DNA of 63,952 bases, filler included, from Octopus bimaculoides (taxonomy: Eukaryota): assembly GCF_001194135.2 (NCBI RefSeq). It is 7 parts of 7 records of this genome, joined end to end, with 100 filler letters (N's around TTAATTAATTAA, not from the genome) between each part and the next. Parts side by side here need not be neighbours in the genome. Positions count along the whole stretch, not along the records: positions 7,518 to 15,830 come from NC_068982.1; positions 15,931 to 45,481 come from NC_068989.1; 5 more parts are not named here. One strand, written 5' to 3'. Position numbers and translations under genes: made by a program. Positions within the stretch are counted from its first letter, which is position 1. Every line of letters starts with the position of its first letter. The notes beneath the pieces were generated by a model, which saw only the letters and a program-made list of their open reading frames with translations, was not told the DNA's origin and ran no database searches. This document shows, one piece after another, positions 12,711-24,591 of the stretch.

Positions 12711-15427
12711 GAGCATAATTCACATAATTTTATATTTCCTTTACATGTATTTGTTTTGGGGATTATGTTCCACTTTATACTATACTATTAGTTTTTGTTT
12801 TCAGTTTACAAATGTATGAAGAGGATCAGATCTTTACTATTTTTGTTTTCGACTGTTGTCTGGTGTTGGTTGTAGCTGAGTGTGAGTGGAGTCCAGCGAA
12901 TATTTTAAATGTGTTGTTGATATTTGCAATGCTTCGAGGAACTCAGTCGTTAGCAAGGCAATTAAATTTCACGACACAGTTGTTAATATGTACCCAGTTG
13001 CATTCGCTTTTCATTGGGTTTGAGGACACATATTTTATTTAATATATGTAAGATGCTAGGCATATTAATTGTTAGAGAAGTTTGGGTGGTAGTATTTGGG
13101 AGTGAAACTTTGTTGACCGAAAGCGTATAGGCTGTATATATAAATCAATGAGGAGACATGTGTGAATACTGAAGCCTGACAAAATGATTCCTCAGCTGCT
13201 TGTGAATGTATTCCATCAACCTCCAATGGCAAATGATTTGTTTAAATTTCCAACAGCTTGGTAATTACCAGAAAGTATTCAACAAAAATACTCAACTATA
13301 TTTCAAAACATGATTAATATTAATAACATGTAACTCATATCACTTTTTTTTTATTATTGACATTTAAATCAGTTATCGATATGCACAGCATATATTATTT
13401 AGAAATGTCATAAATAAATCACTTGTATTTTTTCTTAGTACTTGCCTCAAAAGTCATCAAGCTCTCATTATACAACAGCGTCATTATCTTCGCAGAGACT
13501 GACTGCTATTTAGCCTTCACCTGTGATTATATTTCCGTTGACCAGAAAATTTTTCTCATTGTGCCAGCAATTTCGCTTTATGCAGGATGTGAAACAATAG
13601 CTCCACATGCCATTCGACTCATTATATCATTCAGTTTCAGTACTGAAATATTTTGTTGTCAAAGTTACTCAGTGCGATGGGAATTTCAATTACAACAAAG
13701 GACATTAGTTCTAAACTTTTGTACACACTGCAATGTAATTTGTTGTTAATGTCCACATCAGGAAAGAATGCATTTCTGTGAATTCTGGTAGGCTTTGTGA
13801 GGAAATGTAAGTACAAGATTGTTATGCATTTCTGTTAAAACTTTTCGCTTTCAGTGAGAGTAGGTTCATCGTTGATTCTCTTTTGTAATTGGTCGTTTGG
13901 AGGTGGCGGGGGATATTGTAGAGGGTATATTACTGTACCGTCTTCTACAGGTACTGCAGAAAACCGTACCAAATAAATTGTTGTTGTTTTTTTTTGTGTG
14001 TGATGCTTAATTCAAACCGTCTAGAAAATAAAAGTTAAGGTAAAACACACACAAATTAATAAATAAAATCATAATAGTAACATCTAATCCGTTTAACACT
14101 CTAAACCAACAATAAGCAAACAGTGAAACCAAAGAACCTTTCCCTCAAAAAAAAAAGAAAGAAGAAAAAAGTAAACAACAAAGAAATTTGAAAGTTATAG
14201 TCACCCACAAAAGAACCAACAAAAAATGCTAATACAAAAAGAAATCCCCAATGTTCCGGTTATCAATAATCTACGAAGAACTGATAATGTTGCTATGTTG
14301 TGGACTTTCCGTAATCTATAATTCATAAGGTTCCAACATCACTTCTGTTTGTTATGGCTCTTGTTTTAGTTGTATGTTTACTGGTTTTTATAATGTTTCT
14401 TCCTCTTCTTCTCGGTGTCAATTAGACTACACAGCAATCAGCAAAACTGTTTACTCTCTTTTCCTATCGTATTAATGCATTTTCCATTCTCTCCCCTCAC
14501 TCTCTCTTCTAACTTCTATCATCTTCATCTTCCCTTTCTTTTCGTTCAACTTTTTCCTCATCCCCTCTGCTTTGTTTGCCAATTTAACATAGTTACTAAT
14601 TAGTATATTATGCTAAATTATAAATTATCACGTATTTGTTGCCCTCTAACCGAACTGAGTGTAATGTACTGATGGTGTATGTTGTTGTTGTTGATGTTGT
14701 TGATACTGCTGTTCTTATGGCAGTTGTCATTGTTACCGTTGTTTAGCCTTAGGTCAGCGCTGATCAAGCACTCCTATGTCGGTGTTCTTGTTGGTGATGA
14801 CATGATTGCTTGCTATTGCTGTTATTATTGTAATGTTTATCTGCACCGTTATTGTTGTTGCCCTTGTTCTTGTAGTTGTTACCACATTTAGTGTTTGCAC
14901 CGAAGTTATAACAATGTTGATGCTGTCGTCATTCTTGTTGTAGTCGTATGGTTTGTAATTTGTTTTGGTACGTGTTGTAATTTTATCTCAAGTTAACGAT
15001 GATCAAGTAGATCGATGCTCGAAAGCGTTCCAGTGACATCTATACCAAATATTGTCCTTTCTGGAATTGTATGGTGTACATCATGCCGTGGTTTTGTGAA
15101 AGAAAAAGCAAATAAAAACGGGAAAGCCACGGCTAAAATTCGCGCTTGACTAGGTTTTAACAAAACAACTACTGTCGAAAATAAACAGAGAAACATTACA
15201 CAATATAGTCACTGATTCATAAAAATATAGAAATGACCACTGCTAGAACGTATTATTTGGTTATAGGTCTGTTCGACAAGGGCTGGTATTGAGTTGGACA
15301 ACAATAATATCTTAACTCTGGGAAGGCAGTGGGACAATAATAAAGATATGTGATGGCGAAAGTGCGGATAATTTTTTACTTACCCTCGTACATGCATATG
15401 TACATACACATGCATAAATATATACAT

Positions 15428-15548
15428 AGGCGCGGGCGTGTCTATATGGTAAGAAGTTTGCTTCCCAACCAAAATCGGTAAGTGACTTGTGCTATAGCCT
15501 CAGGCCGACCACCGCCTTGTGAGTAGATTTGGTTGACAGAAACTGAAA
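15428..15548 (+). mobile_element. SINE family B, 5' half, diverged and internally deleted
   Basis: ggtaagaagtttgcttcccaacc...gctatagcctcaggccgacc...gccttgtgagtagatttgg...agaaactgaaa. Confidence 0.7.
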
Positions 15549-15930
15549 TAATCTAATCGTATGTATCCGTACTTTCGAAACGCGGAGTAGATAAAACAGA
15601 GGACAGCTGATGAAGGGAATGCTCTTTATGTTGCCTGTCTCGTTTGTCTCTTTGTTTTTTTCGTTTTTGAAATAAAGTTCGTTTTCTATGTTTTTGTTTT
15701 TTTATGTTCTCGTTTCTCATTTTGTTGATGTTTTTTATGTCCTGTACCAATATATGCATGTATATATACATATATATGTAGTTATGTACATATATGTATG
15801 TATATATGCATATATATATATATATATATANNNNNNNNNNNNNNNNNNNNNNNNNNNNNNNNNNNNNNNNNNNNTTAATTAATTAANNNNNNNNNNNNNN
15901 NNNNNNNNNNNNNNNNNNNNNNNNNNNNNN

Positions 15931-15973
<43 letters not shown>

Positions 15974-16006
15974 TGTAGCGGTTATAAGACTTTAGCAGCA
16001 GCAGCA

Positions 16007-16234
16007 TGACGTCATAGTCGTGTCGGCTGTCTTTTGTTTATATATGTCTTACGCTTTTTCATTGGTCAATTTTACTGTCCATACATCGATTCTAATCTTC
16101 GTGAAAAGTTTCTTTTCAATGGAGAAAAATTCTTAGAATCAGGTTTACGGCTGTTATAAAAGCCCTGATTTGAGGGAAATTATTTAGTGACACTCGGTTT
16201 GCCACACGGGACCTCGTCACTCACGCTGGTAATG
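16007..16234 (+). promoter_or_regulatory. Putative Pol II promoter and 43-nt non-coding first exon
   Basis: CRE TGACGTCA 16007-16014; inverted CCAAT 16061-16065; TATAAAA 16155-16161; Inr-like TTAGT with A at 16186 (31 nt after the TATA start); CpG-rich 16186-16228; donor G|GTAATG at 16229. Confidence 0.45.
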
Positions 16235-16614
16235 CTATTTTGCATTGTTCATCCTTCATGACCTTATGCCATGCTATTCTCAACCTTTTTAGTGTAGTTT
16301 TGAAGAGCTAACTAAGAAAATTTTTCCTGTCGTCATTCTCGCGACAGATTCCTTTTAAAACATGTTTTTCTTCATTATAATATGTACTGCAATTTTTCCT
16401 ATCACTATTATGTTGTGATAAATTCATTGTATATATTTTTACTTTCTGTAAATAAATGATTGGTGCTAAATCCAGTTCTTCTCTTGGCATTATCTGTACG
16501 AACTCTTACCAGATGATTATAAGGAAAATGAATTAGCTAAAGATTTATTTGCATGCACCTTTATGAAGATATATACTCGAGCCTCTGTCAACACGAGAAA
16601 CTACAGTCGACCCA

Positions 16615-16987
16615 GTTGCTGTTGCACTCCGTCGCTTACGACGTCGAGTGTTCCAATTGAACAGCCTGCTCGTGAAATTAACGTGCAAGTGGCTGAGCAC
16701 TCAACAAACACGTGTACCCTTAACGTAGTTCTCGGGGATATTTAGCGTGACACAGTGTGACAAGGCTGACCCTTTGAATTACAGGCACAACAGAAACAGG
16801 AAGTAAGAGTGAGAGAAAGTTGTGGTGAAAGAGTACAGCAGGGTTCGCCACCATCCCCTGCCGGAGCCTCGTGGAGCTTTAGGTGTTTTCGCTCAATAAA
16901 CACTCACAACGCCCGGTCTGTGAATCGAAACCACGATCTTATGACCGCGAGTCCGCTGCCCTAACCACTGAGACATTGCGCCTCCAC
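16615..16987 (-). mobile_element. tRNA-head SINE, family C
   Basis: Minus head gtggaggcgcaatg..cagtggttagggcagcggactcgcgg..ggtttcgattc; 3' part shared with 19409-19640. Confidence 0.85.
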
Positions 16988-17029
16988 AGTCGACCTAGTA
17001 TGAAGAAACGAAATGACATTCATAAGATA

Positions 17030-17275
17030 AGCACGACTTCATCAAGAGCAACTTGCAATTCCTCTGAACTGAGTCCTTTGGGGCGTCCTTCTCCTGCCTC
17101 ATCTTTTAGACTGAGTCACTCTTTTTGAAGTGTGAAAGCCATCTTCTGCATGTCCTTTCATTTACATCATTTCATTAATGTTTTTGAGTGATTTTGCTGC
17201 TGAACTTGCTGCGTTCCCCTTCTAGTATTCAAACAGTAAAACATGCCGTATGTGCTCTTTACTTGGAGTGTACAT
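17030..17275 (-). mobile_element. mariner transposase N-terminal (HTH) remnant
   Basis: MYTPSKEHIRHVLLFEY*KGNAASSAAKSL...NERTCRRWLSHFK..DSSLKDEAGEGRPKGLSSEELQVALDE resembles mariner N-termini (KEHIRH.LL.EF...A..A...RT..RWF.RF..GD.SL.DE.R.GRP). Confidence 0.75.
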
Positions 17276-19408
17276 TTGGGTCATCTGAAAGAAGAAATAA
17301 TATTTTAGTGATTTAGATAGCTACTAATATCATTTAGAAACTAAATTGGTGTAATCATGTGTTTTAATTATCCTTCAAAAAAACGAACAGAATTTCTGTT
17401 GCAACCAGATATATATGTGTTTATATGTGTGTATGTTTGTGTCATTATACATACATACATGCATACATACATACATACATACATACATACATACATACAT
17501 ACATACATACATACGTATGTATGTATACGTTTACTTATACGCGCATACAGAAGCATAATTTGTACATTGATGTTTGTGTGAATACATCGATGCACAAATA
17601 CAAACCTATGCCATACTTATATGTATTTATGTGTGCATGAATGCATGTATATATGAACAAACGCATGTATCTCTGCAAAAAAAGAGATGTTAGCAACACA
17701 GATTAACAATGTCATGATATAAAATGGTTTCTAGAAGTCATTGACACGGCATGCCAAAACTCAACAGCATCTATGAACAAAGGCACAGTCTGCTATCAAA
17801 TTTCTATTCCTAAAAAGAACCGTAATAGCAAAACTTGTGATACTAAAGCGTTCATTTATATCGGTTTTGCAAAATAAAATAAATTTAAAAAGTAAAACAT
17901 TATTGTTTATGGATGACATCAAAAAGATAAAGGCTTCAATTTAAGATTGAAAAGTCAAATGAAAAAAAAAAATCGAAAGAAAAAAAAAATGCTATTCTGA
18001 TATTATAAGAAACCTAACGATAGAAACATCTCGAAGGAGAGGAGTTATCGCTACAGGTTTGATCCCCCTGAAGACTGATAAATAAAGTTAAATCAACATA
18101 AGTATCTAACAAAAAAATAATCGGGGAGCCGGGAGTGTGCGTGGGTGCAGAAACAGGTCGTCTGCACGACTAAGCTACAATTTGTGGGGTAATCCCGCTG
18201 CGCACCACACATTACAACTGTTGTTGTCGTTGCTGCTGCGGCTGCTACTGTGGCTGCTATTGCTGCTATTGCTGCTACTACTACTACTGCTATTGCTGCT
18301 TCTGTTGCTGCTGCTGCTACTACTATTACTGATTTTTTTACCCACTTCGTATACATAAATAATTTTTTTAAAGCGTTGATAACACTTATTGTAGTTCAGT
18401 CCTTAATCAACCTTGAGCTAGTAGACCTAAGAACAAAGGCGGGCGTTCTAGCTAAGATTAGATTGTCTTGTCATTTTGTAAATCTGTGACTGTGTGATTT
18501 GAAGGAGATTCGACTATCAGTTCTTGCAGGCCTAACGACCACGTTTTGCAAGGTCACTCGTCTTGTTGGCTCGTTGTTGATTTGCGTTTATTGTGTGACT
18601 ACGTTCTTGAAACATTGACAGAATCTTGAAGAATGTCCTAAAGATACGTTTCTTTTACTTTTTGCCCTCTCGTAGCTGTTACTGTAGCAATAGGACTCGC
18701 GAGATTAATCGGAGAATGAGAAAAATTATGGGTCTTTGTATCATAACAGAAATTTGTGTCTTTACGTTACTGCGTTCAGTGTCAGTTTGCAGAATAACGT
18801 GGTTTCAGCCGGAAGTTATAAATAAGAGGAACAGTAGACAGCAGACAGTACATCGTCTGGAGCTTAACAGAGTCGTACTCAGAGAATATATCGGCATTAT
18901 CTGTATTTGCTAAATGAATAATTGAGTTTAATAAATGGCTAGATATTCTGAGATGGGATGAGTAGTTGATAATACCACCCTAGGCTTCCGGTGATTAGTT
19001 TTTGGAAACGAAAAATACAGGCTGAACTTATTTTATCGTCAATCTTAAGGTCTAGCCATTGCCGGACTACCGAAATTTATCTTTAAGAGACCCATAAAAG
19101 AATTCCCATGTAGCCACTTTCATACAGCATACATATTGCAGTGTTGTCAAGGGGAAAACCAAGCTTAAAACAAAAACTAATGTAATACAATAATCAATGC
19201 TTCTATACAAAAGTTTTCAGCGTAAACATAAACAATTCTGGCACCTATTCGCGCCGCCCTGGTGGCATACCCGCAAGCAACTGACGGCAGGTTCAAAATA
19301 TGCTGGACTATGGGAGATGCCGGACCATAAAATGATGTACAAAATGGGTTCAACCTGTCTTTACATCTACACACTACGTTAGTTGTCTTTGTGCTATATG
19401 TGTAGGTA

Positions 19409-19782
19409 GCACTCCGTCGGTTACGACGACGAGGGTTCCAGTTGATCCGATCAACGGAACAGCCTGCTCGTGAAATTAACGTGCAAGTGGCTGAGCACTC
19501 CACAGACACGTGTACCTTTAAANNNNNNNNNNACGTGCAAGTGGCTGAGCACTCCACAGACACGTGTACCTTTAAAGTAGTTCTCCAGGAGATTCAGCGT
19601 GACACAGAATGTGACAAAGCCGGCCCTTCGAATTACAGGTACAAATCATTTTTACCAGTTGAGTGGACTGGAGCAACGTGAAATAGTGTCTTGCTCAAGG
19701 ACTTAATGCATCGCCGGGAATCAAACTCACAACCTTGCGATCGAGAGCCATATTATTCTAACCACTAAGCCACGCGCCTTCA
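19409..19782 (-). mobile_element. Chimeric SINE: family D head/core + family C 3' part
   Basis: 19409-19640 aligns with 16624-16790; 19640-19782 aligns with 7070-7217. Confidence 0.75.
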
Positions 19783-21719
19783 TGTGTGTATTCCTCCAGA
19801 AATAAGACATTTATTGGCAATCGGAGAGCAAACAGTTGGTACGTAGCATAGGTGTAAGTAGTAAAAACGCTCTGTTTTGTGCTGTTTCGTTTTGTTTCGG
19901 TTTTTTATCAATAAAGAAAAAATTAATGGTCCAAAAAATTATAATCGGATAAGTTTAATAGTTTGTAATACAATCTATTCTAGCAAAATTAATTCACTTA
20001 ATGAAAGTATCGATAATCAAAATTTTTTAATGTGCAACAGAGGCAAAAAGTTTAAAAGGTGATGATCAGCCACGAAAACTCCATTTTGTATTCACCATTG
20101 CTACAACTGTTGTTGTTGTTGTTGTTGTTGTTGTCGTCGTCGTTGTTATTGTTTATTTCTATGTCACCACTATTCCAGTTGATGTTTCATCAAAGGCGTT
20201 CGAGCCGTGACCATCCCATATTTTCTATTCAGACGCAGCATATCCAAAAGCATATTATAATATCTGTCCTTCCACTTTTTGTCATCATTTTAAGCTGGGG
20301 GGGTTTTTTGTCTATATCGGGGATGATTAGCTATTATTTTCGGCAGGTCGAACAGTGACTGCCTAGATCTATGCTTTCTCGTTAATTCCTGTTACTGTTG
20401 TGTTAATTATCTTTCAATAGCGTGTAAGACAACAAAGACATAAAGTCCAGTTGATCCAACCAACAACAAGGTTCTTTAATAAGAAGACCCTGGTGTGATT
20501 TCCCATTGTTTTATAAACGACCATAGGGAAATATGTACTCAACACTCTACTAACGTAGCTCCAGAATTATTTTGGCATGGAACCCTTTCATGATTTTCCA
20601 AATCTTGCGAAACCTATACGTATATATTATGGCCAACCCATCCACCTCTGATTTTAGAAAGCTAGATTATAAAGAAAGAATGGTTTTTAGAGACAGGATT
20701 TATTCATATGAAAATATTTTTTGTTGTACTTGGGGATGGTCATATTGCCAGTTTTATTCTTATAAAAATATATTCATGGATATATAATATAAAATTATAT
20801 AACTTACTATTGTGGAAGTAAATATATAATAACTTTAATTACACTTATCTCATGGAACCCCAGAATTTTTTTACTGGGTCCTATGCATTTTGGGAAACAG
20901 TACTTTACACTGACAATAGAGAAGCTAACAAAAGTAGTCTAGTTAATAAACCTAGATTTGTATTTTAAAAAAGGTGTAGGTGTACTATTAAAAGCAAAGA
21001 CAACACTCATAATTGAATGGAAATACAAATGAAAGTTATTGCTTACGTTGTTGAAAAATTACTATATTTTATTTATATAAATCTCGTCTAATAAAAATAG
21101 CTCCTGCTAGTTAATTGGAACATTAATAAATGTTTATCTTAATAAAATTGCCTCAATCAAATAGCAATTTATCTATTAATCTTCAAAACTATAAAAGGAA
21201 GAATCGTAAATTCATATAACTACACGTCATAAATTTATTTTGCCTTATCAAATATATGTGAAGCTTGTTCTTTTATATATTCTTCTGCTTAATACATATA
21301 TATGTATGTGAGTGGTTATGCGTGAAATAATGAAATATTAAAAACACAATTTCTATTTAAATGTGGTTGAATTATAATAAAGTTTCTAGTATTAAGGATT
21401 ATAGAAAACACTGAAAAAAACTAATAACACGGTGAACGTTCTAAAATATATTTCTCGTAAATCTAATAGGAAATTTATTTATATCCAATAATTCTAGACG
21501 AATATATTTTTAGTGCATTTTTAGCCATATAGATATATGGTTTAATTATGGATACAAGCAGAGACTAAACGAAACGTGCATGAGCTTGTCTTACTTTCTA
21601 ATAAAGGAAATATGAATGTGTGGTGTTCAAGTTTTAATACTATTACTTCCCGAATCTTCATCTTTATAAAGAAACATTCTCAGAAATTGTGTCCCAGTTA
21701 AAACCAATTTCACTTCACT

Positions 21720-22325
21720 TCATTTTACTTTGCTTGGCTAACTTGTGCCATAGTTTGCTCCAGACAGGCCAGTGTGTATCGTGTACTAATAGGTATGAAG
21801 CGGAGAGTGTATCTTGCGTACTTAGATGTCCTCTTTCTCCTGTGTTTTTCTAACCAGAGAGCAGCTAATCTCCAAAACAAAGTATCTATTTTTCTTATGG
21901 ATCTACACAATGAGATGTCGCTGGTTGTGTTTTAAATTGGTTGGTATTTTAATTTTTAAGTTCCACCAATATTATTTTGGCCCATCGGTCTCAATATAGT
22001 CAACTTCGTCTGTAAGTGTTTTCTTTTTTGTTATTCTGATCCTGACTATTCTGACCATGCATCATGCCTCATGAGAAGATAGTATCTGGAAGACATTCTC
22101 TCACAGTTGGCAATAAAGAGGTCGATGTATTCAGTCTTGGTTTGGCAAAGCTTACATTTGATGTTTGTCCATGTGTTCTGTCTTTTGTGCTGCACGTATT
22201 TGGTGAGGATCTCTTGTTCTTGAATTACATGGAGGTAGCCTTTGAAGTGGGATGTTATAACCTTGCCGGTATTCTATGTCAAGATTTTGCTATGACCAAT
22301 TCCTTCTATGGTTTGTGTTTTTCGT
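21720..22325 (-). mobile_element. RLE-type non-LTR retrotransposon (R4/NeSL-like) zinc-knuckle + endonuclease remnant
   Basis: IQEQEILTKY...KCKLCQTKTEYIDLFIANCERMSSRYYLLMRHDA (decayed CxxC...H...C...RH motif), then *YWWNLKIKIPTNLKHN...YFVLEISCS...KTQEKED. Confidence 0.75.
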
Positions 22326-22429
22326 GTCAAAGTACCTAGAGGTCACACAGGAGAGCTAGAAAGAAGGGAAGATAATAAAGTAGTGGTGATCCCAAAACGA
22401 AGATGCGCATGCGCGCGTACAAGAGACTA

Positions 22430-22772
22430 TGTATGTGCGTGTGGGAGAGGGCTGGTGACCTTGCCGTGTGCGTCCGTGTATGTGTAGGTGTGAAGATGTG
22501 GGGCTGGGAAGTGGTCAGTGCTAGTGAGTGCGTGGTGGTGTGATGTGATGTGTTGTGTGGTATGGCGGTGTATGGTGTAGTGGTGTATGGTGTGGTGTGA
22601 TGGTGTTGGGAGGTGGGGGAGGCGAGAGTGGGGAAAGCAACGGTGGGGAGGTTGGGTTAAGGAAGAAGCTGTGGACCAAGAGGTCTCGTAGGTTGTGGGC
22701 TCGTTTGAAGGAGGGGAGGGGAGGTTAGGGAATATGTGCGAAGTAGAGGGGTTGCCGGAAGGCTCGGAGAAA
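22430..22772 (-). mobile_element. Penelope-like element fragment
   Basis: 22600-22772 (reverse complement) aligns with 52760-52960 (ttctccgagccttccggc...cttcgcacat.ttccc.aac...ccttcaaa.gagc.c.caaccta.g.gac.tc.tggtcca); the remainder is CACCA-rich low complexity. Confidence 0.7.
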
Positions 22773-22819
22773 AACACTATTTGAATATGCTTCGAGAAGT
22801 GAAGCTTGAAGTCAATTCG

Positions 22820-22850
<31 letters not shown>

Positions 22851-23195
22851 CACATATATGTATACATGTATATGTGTGTATGCGTGCGTAAACGCGTGTG
22901 TCTGTGTAGTTTGTGTGTGTGAGTGAGCGTATGTATTTGTGTGTGTGTGCCTGTGTGCGTGTGTGTGTGTGTGTTGAAAATACGTTTGTAAACTAACGCT
23001 TTCGTTTGGAAACAGAACGGAGTGAAACATATACCACTTGATCACCGAGTAAACGTACTGGTATCTCCATTACACTGAGTTTACTGTTCCTTATCTACAA
23101 AATTAAGTGAAAATGTCTGGCTTTTACACTCAGCATGTACACACACAGCCCGGTTTTTTGTCTGAAGTTCGTGAGGCATTCAACCAAGGTATACG

Positions 23196-23251
<56 letters not shown>

Positions 23252-23300
23252 GAATTGACTTCAAGCTTCACTTCTCGAGGCATTTTCAAATAGCGTTTTT
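22770..23300. mobile_element. TIR element / inverted duplication with ~50-bp arms each continuing into (TA)n
   Basis: aaaaacactatttgaatatgcttcgagaagtgaagcttgaagtcaattcg(ta)n ... (ta)n cgaattgacttcaagcttcacttctcgaggcattttcaaatagcgttttt; 3 mismatches in 50 bp. Confidence 0.7.
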
Positions 23301-23627
23301 ATGTCTTGTCACTTAACATCCTACCCATTAATACACAATATATGTGTAAGTGTGCATATGTGCTTCTGTCTGTGTAGGTGTATTTGTTTATTCTGTGGTA
23401 CAAAAATATAAATACTACCTTGTGTTAGAAGTGTGCAGTCTGATAAATGTTTATTCATGTGTGAGGTAAACAACTTGCAAATGCAGTGATCGCATTTTCA
23501 ATGATTAACAGTCGTTTCTTCTCAATCTGCTCATGTGTACAGTCAAAGAAAAGCCTGACTGAAGGAGAGCGTAGTGCAGAAATGTAAAAAAAAAACTTAC
23601 ACATGAATTAACACAGTCAGACACACG

Positions 23628-23664
<37 letters not shown>

Positions 23665-24483
23665 ACGTAAGTTGGTGTCTCTATGTTTGTGTGAAAGGTT
23701 TTATGTTACGCACTGCGATTTTTCAATGAACCTCTACATACATACATACATACATGCATACATATATATATATATANNNNNNNNNNNNNNNNNNNNNNNN
23801 NNNNNNNNNNNNNNNNNNNNNNNNNNNNNNNNNNNNNNNNNNNNNNNNNNNNNNNNNNNNNNNNNNNNNNNNNNNNNNNNNNNNNNNNNNNNNNNNNNNN
23901 NNNNNNNNNNNNNNNNNNNNNNNNNNNNNNNNNNNNNNNNNNNNNNNNNNNNNNNNNNNNNNNNNNNNNNNNNNNNNNNNNNNNNNNNNNNNNNNNNNNN
24001 NNNNNNNNNNNNNNNNNNNNNNNNNNNNNNNNNNNATATATATATATATATATAAACATGCATATACACAAGCATACACAACTAAATCAACATGTGCGTG
24101 CGCGTGTACCTGCGCACGTGAAGACATATTTGTGCTTCACAGCTACGACATTCCTTGTTCGATACTAGCGTATGGCATCTTGAACAAGTGCTTTAACATA
24201 GCGCCCAACTGATTCGAGAATTGTAACTTTTGAAATGTGTACAATGCTGCGCAGAATTTGACGTTGAAAAAAAAACGTTGTATTCATATGAAGAGTTAAA
24301 ATGCAAACAGAGCATCTTATAATTGGTTAATACAATATGCACCGTCTAAGAGTCACTTTTGCATGATAGGTGATGTACCTTTGTGAAATACATGCCACCA
24401 AGTGCAGTATATCGTTACTGCAATTACGTTGAGGCAAACGATTTAAAATATTTCCGTTTGTGGAATGCTTTTCATTAATCTTG

Positions 24484-24591
24484 GTAACCAGATCTTGGTC
24501 GCAGTAACCAGATCTTGGTCGCAGTAACCAGATCTTTGTCGCAGTAACCAGATCTTGGTCGCAGTAACCAGATCTTGATCACAGTAACCAG
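24484..24591. repeat. 20-bp minisatellite, 5.4 copies (GTAACCAGATCTTGGTCGCA)
   Basis: Exact 20-bp period; 3 substitutions across the full units; no spacers. Confidence 0.95.

Noticed and set aside
12800-13800. Possible old Penelope/RTE coding remnants on the minus strand
   Set aside because: Only vague resemblance; no diagnostic motif is intact enough to support a call.
15565-15625. TCGAAACGCG followed by CTGATGAAGGG as a hammerhead ribozyme
   Set aside because: Both core boxes are present, but I could not build stems I and III or a cleavage triplet; at most half-motifs of a pLTR remnant.
19480-19575. 43-bp direct repeat inside the chimeric SINE
   Set aside because: The copies flank a 10-N gap and are identical, typical of an unmerged contig overlap.
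24484-24591. CRISPR-like array (also considered for 61973-62677)
   Set aside because: No unique spacers, no cas genes, eukaryotic context.
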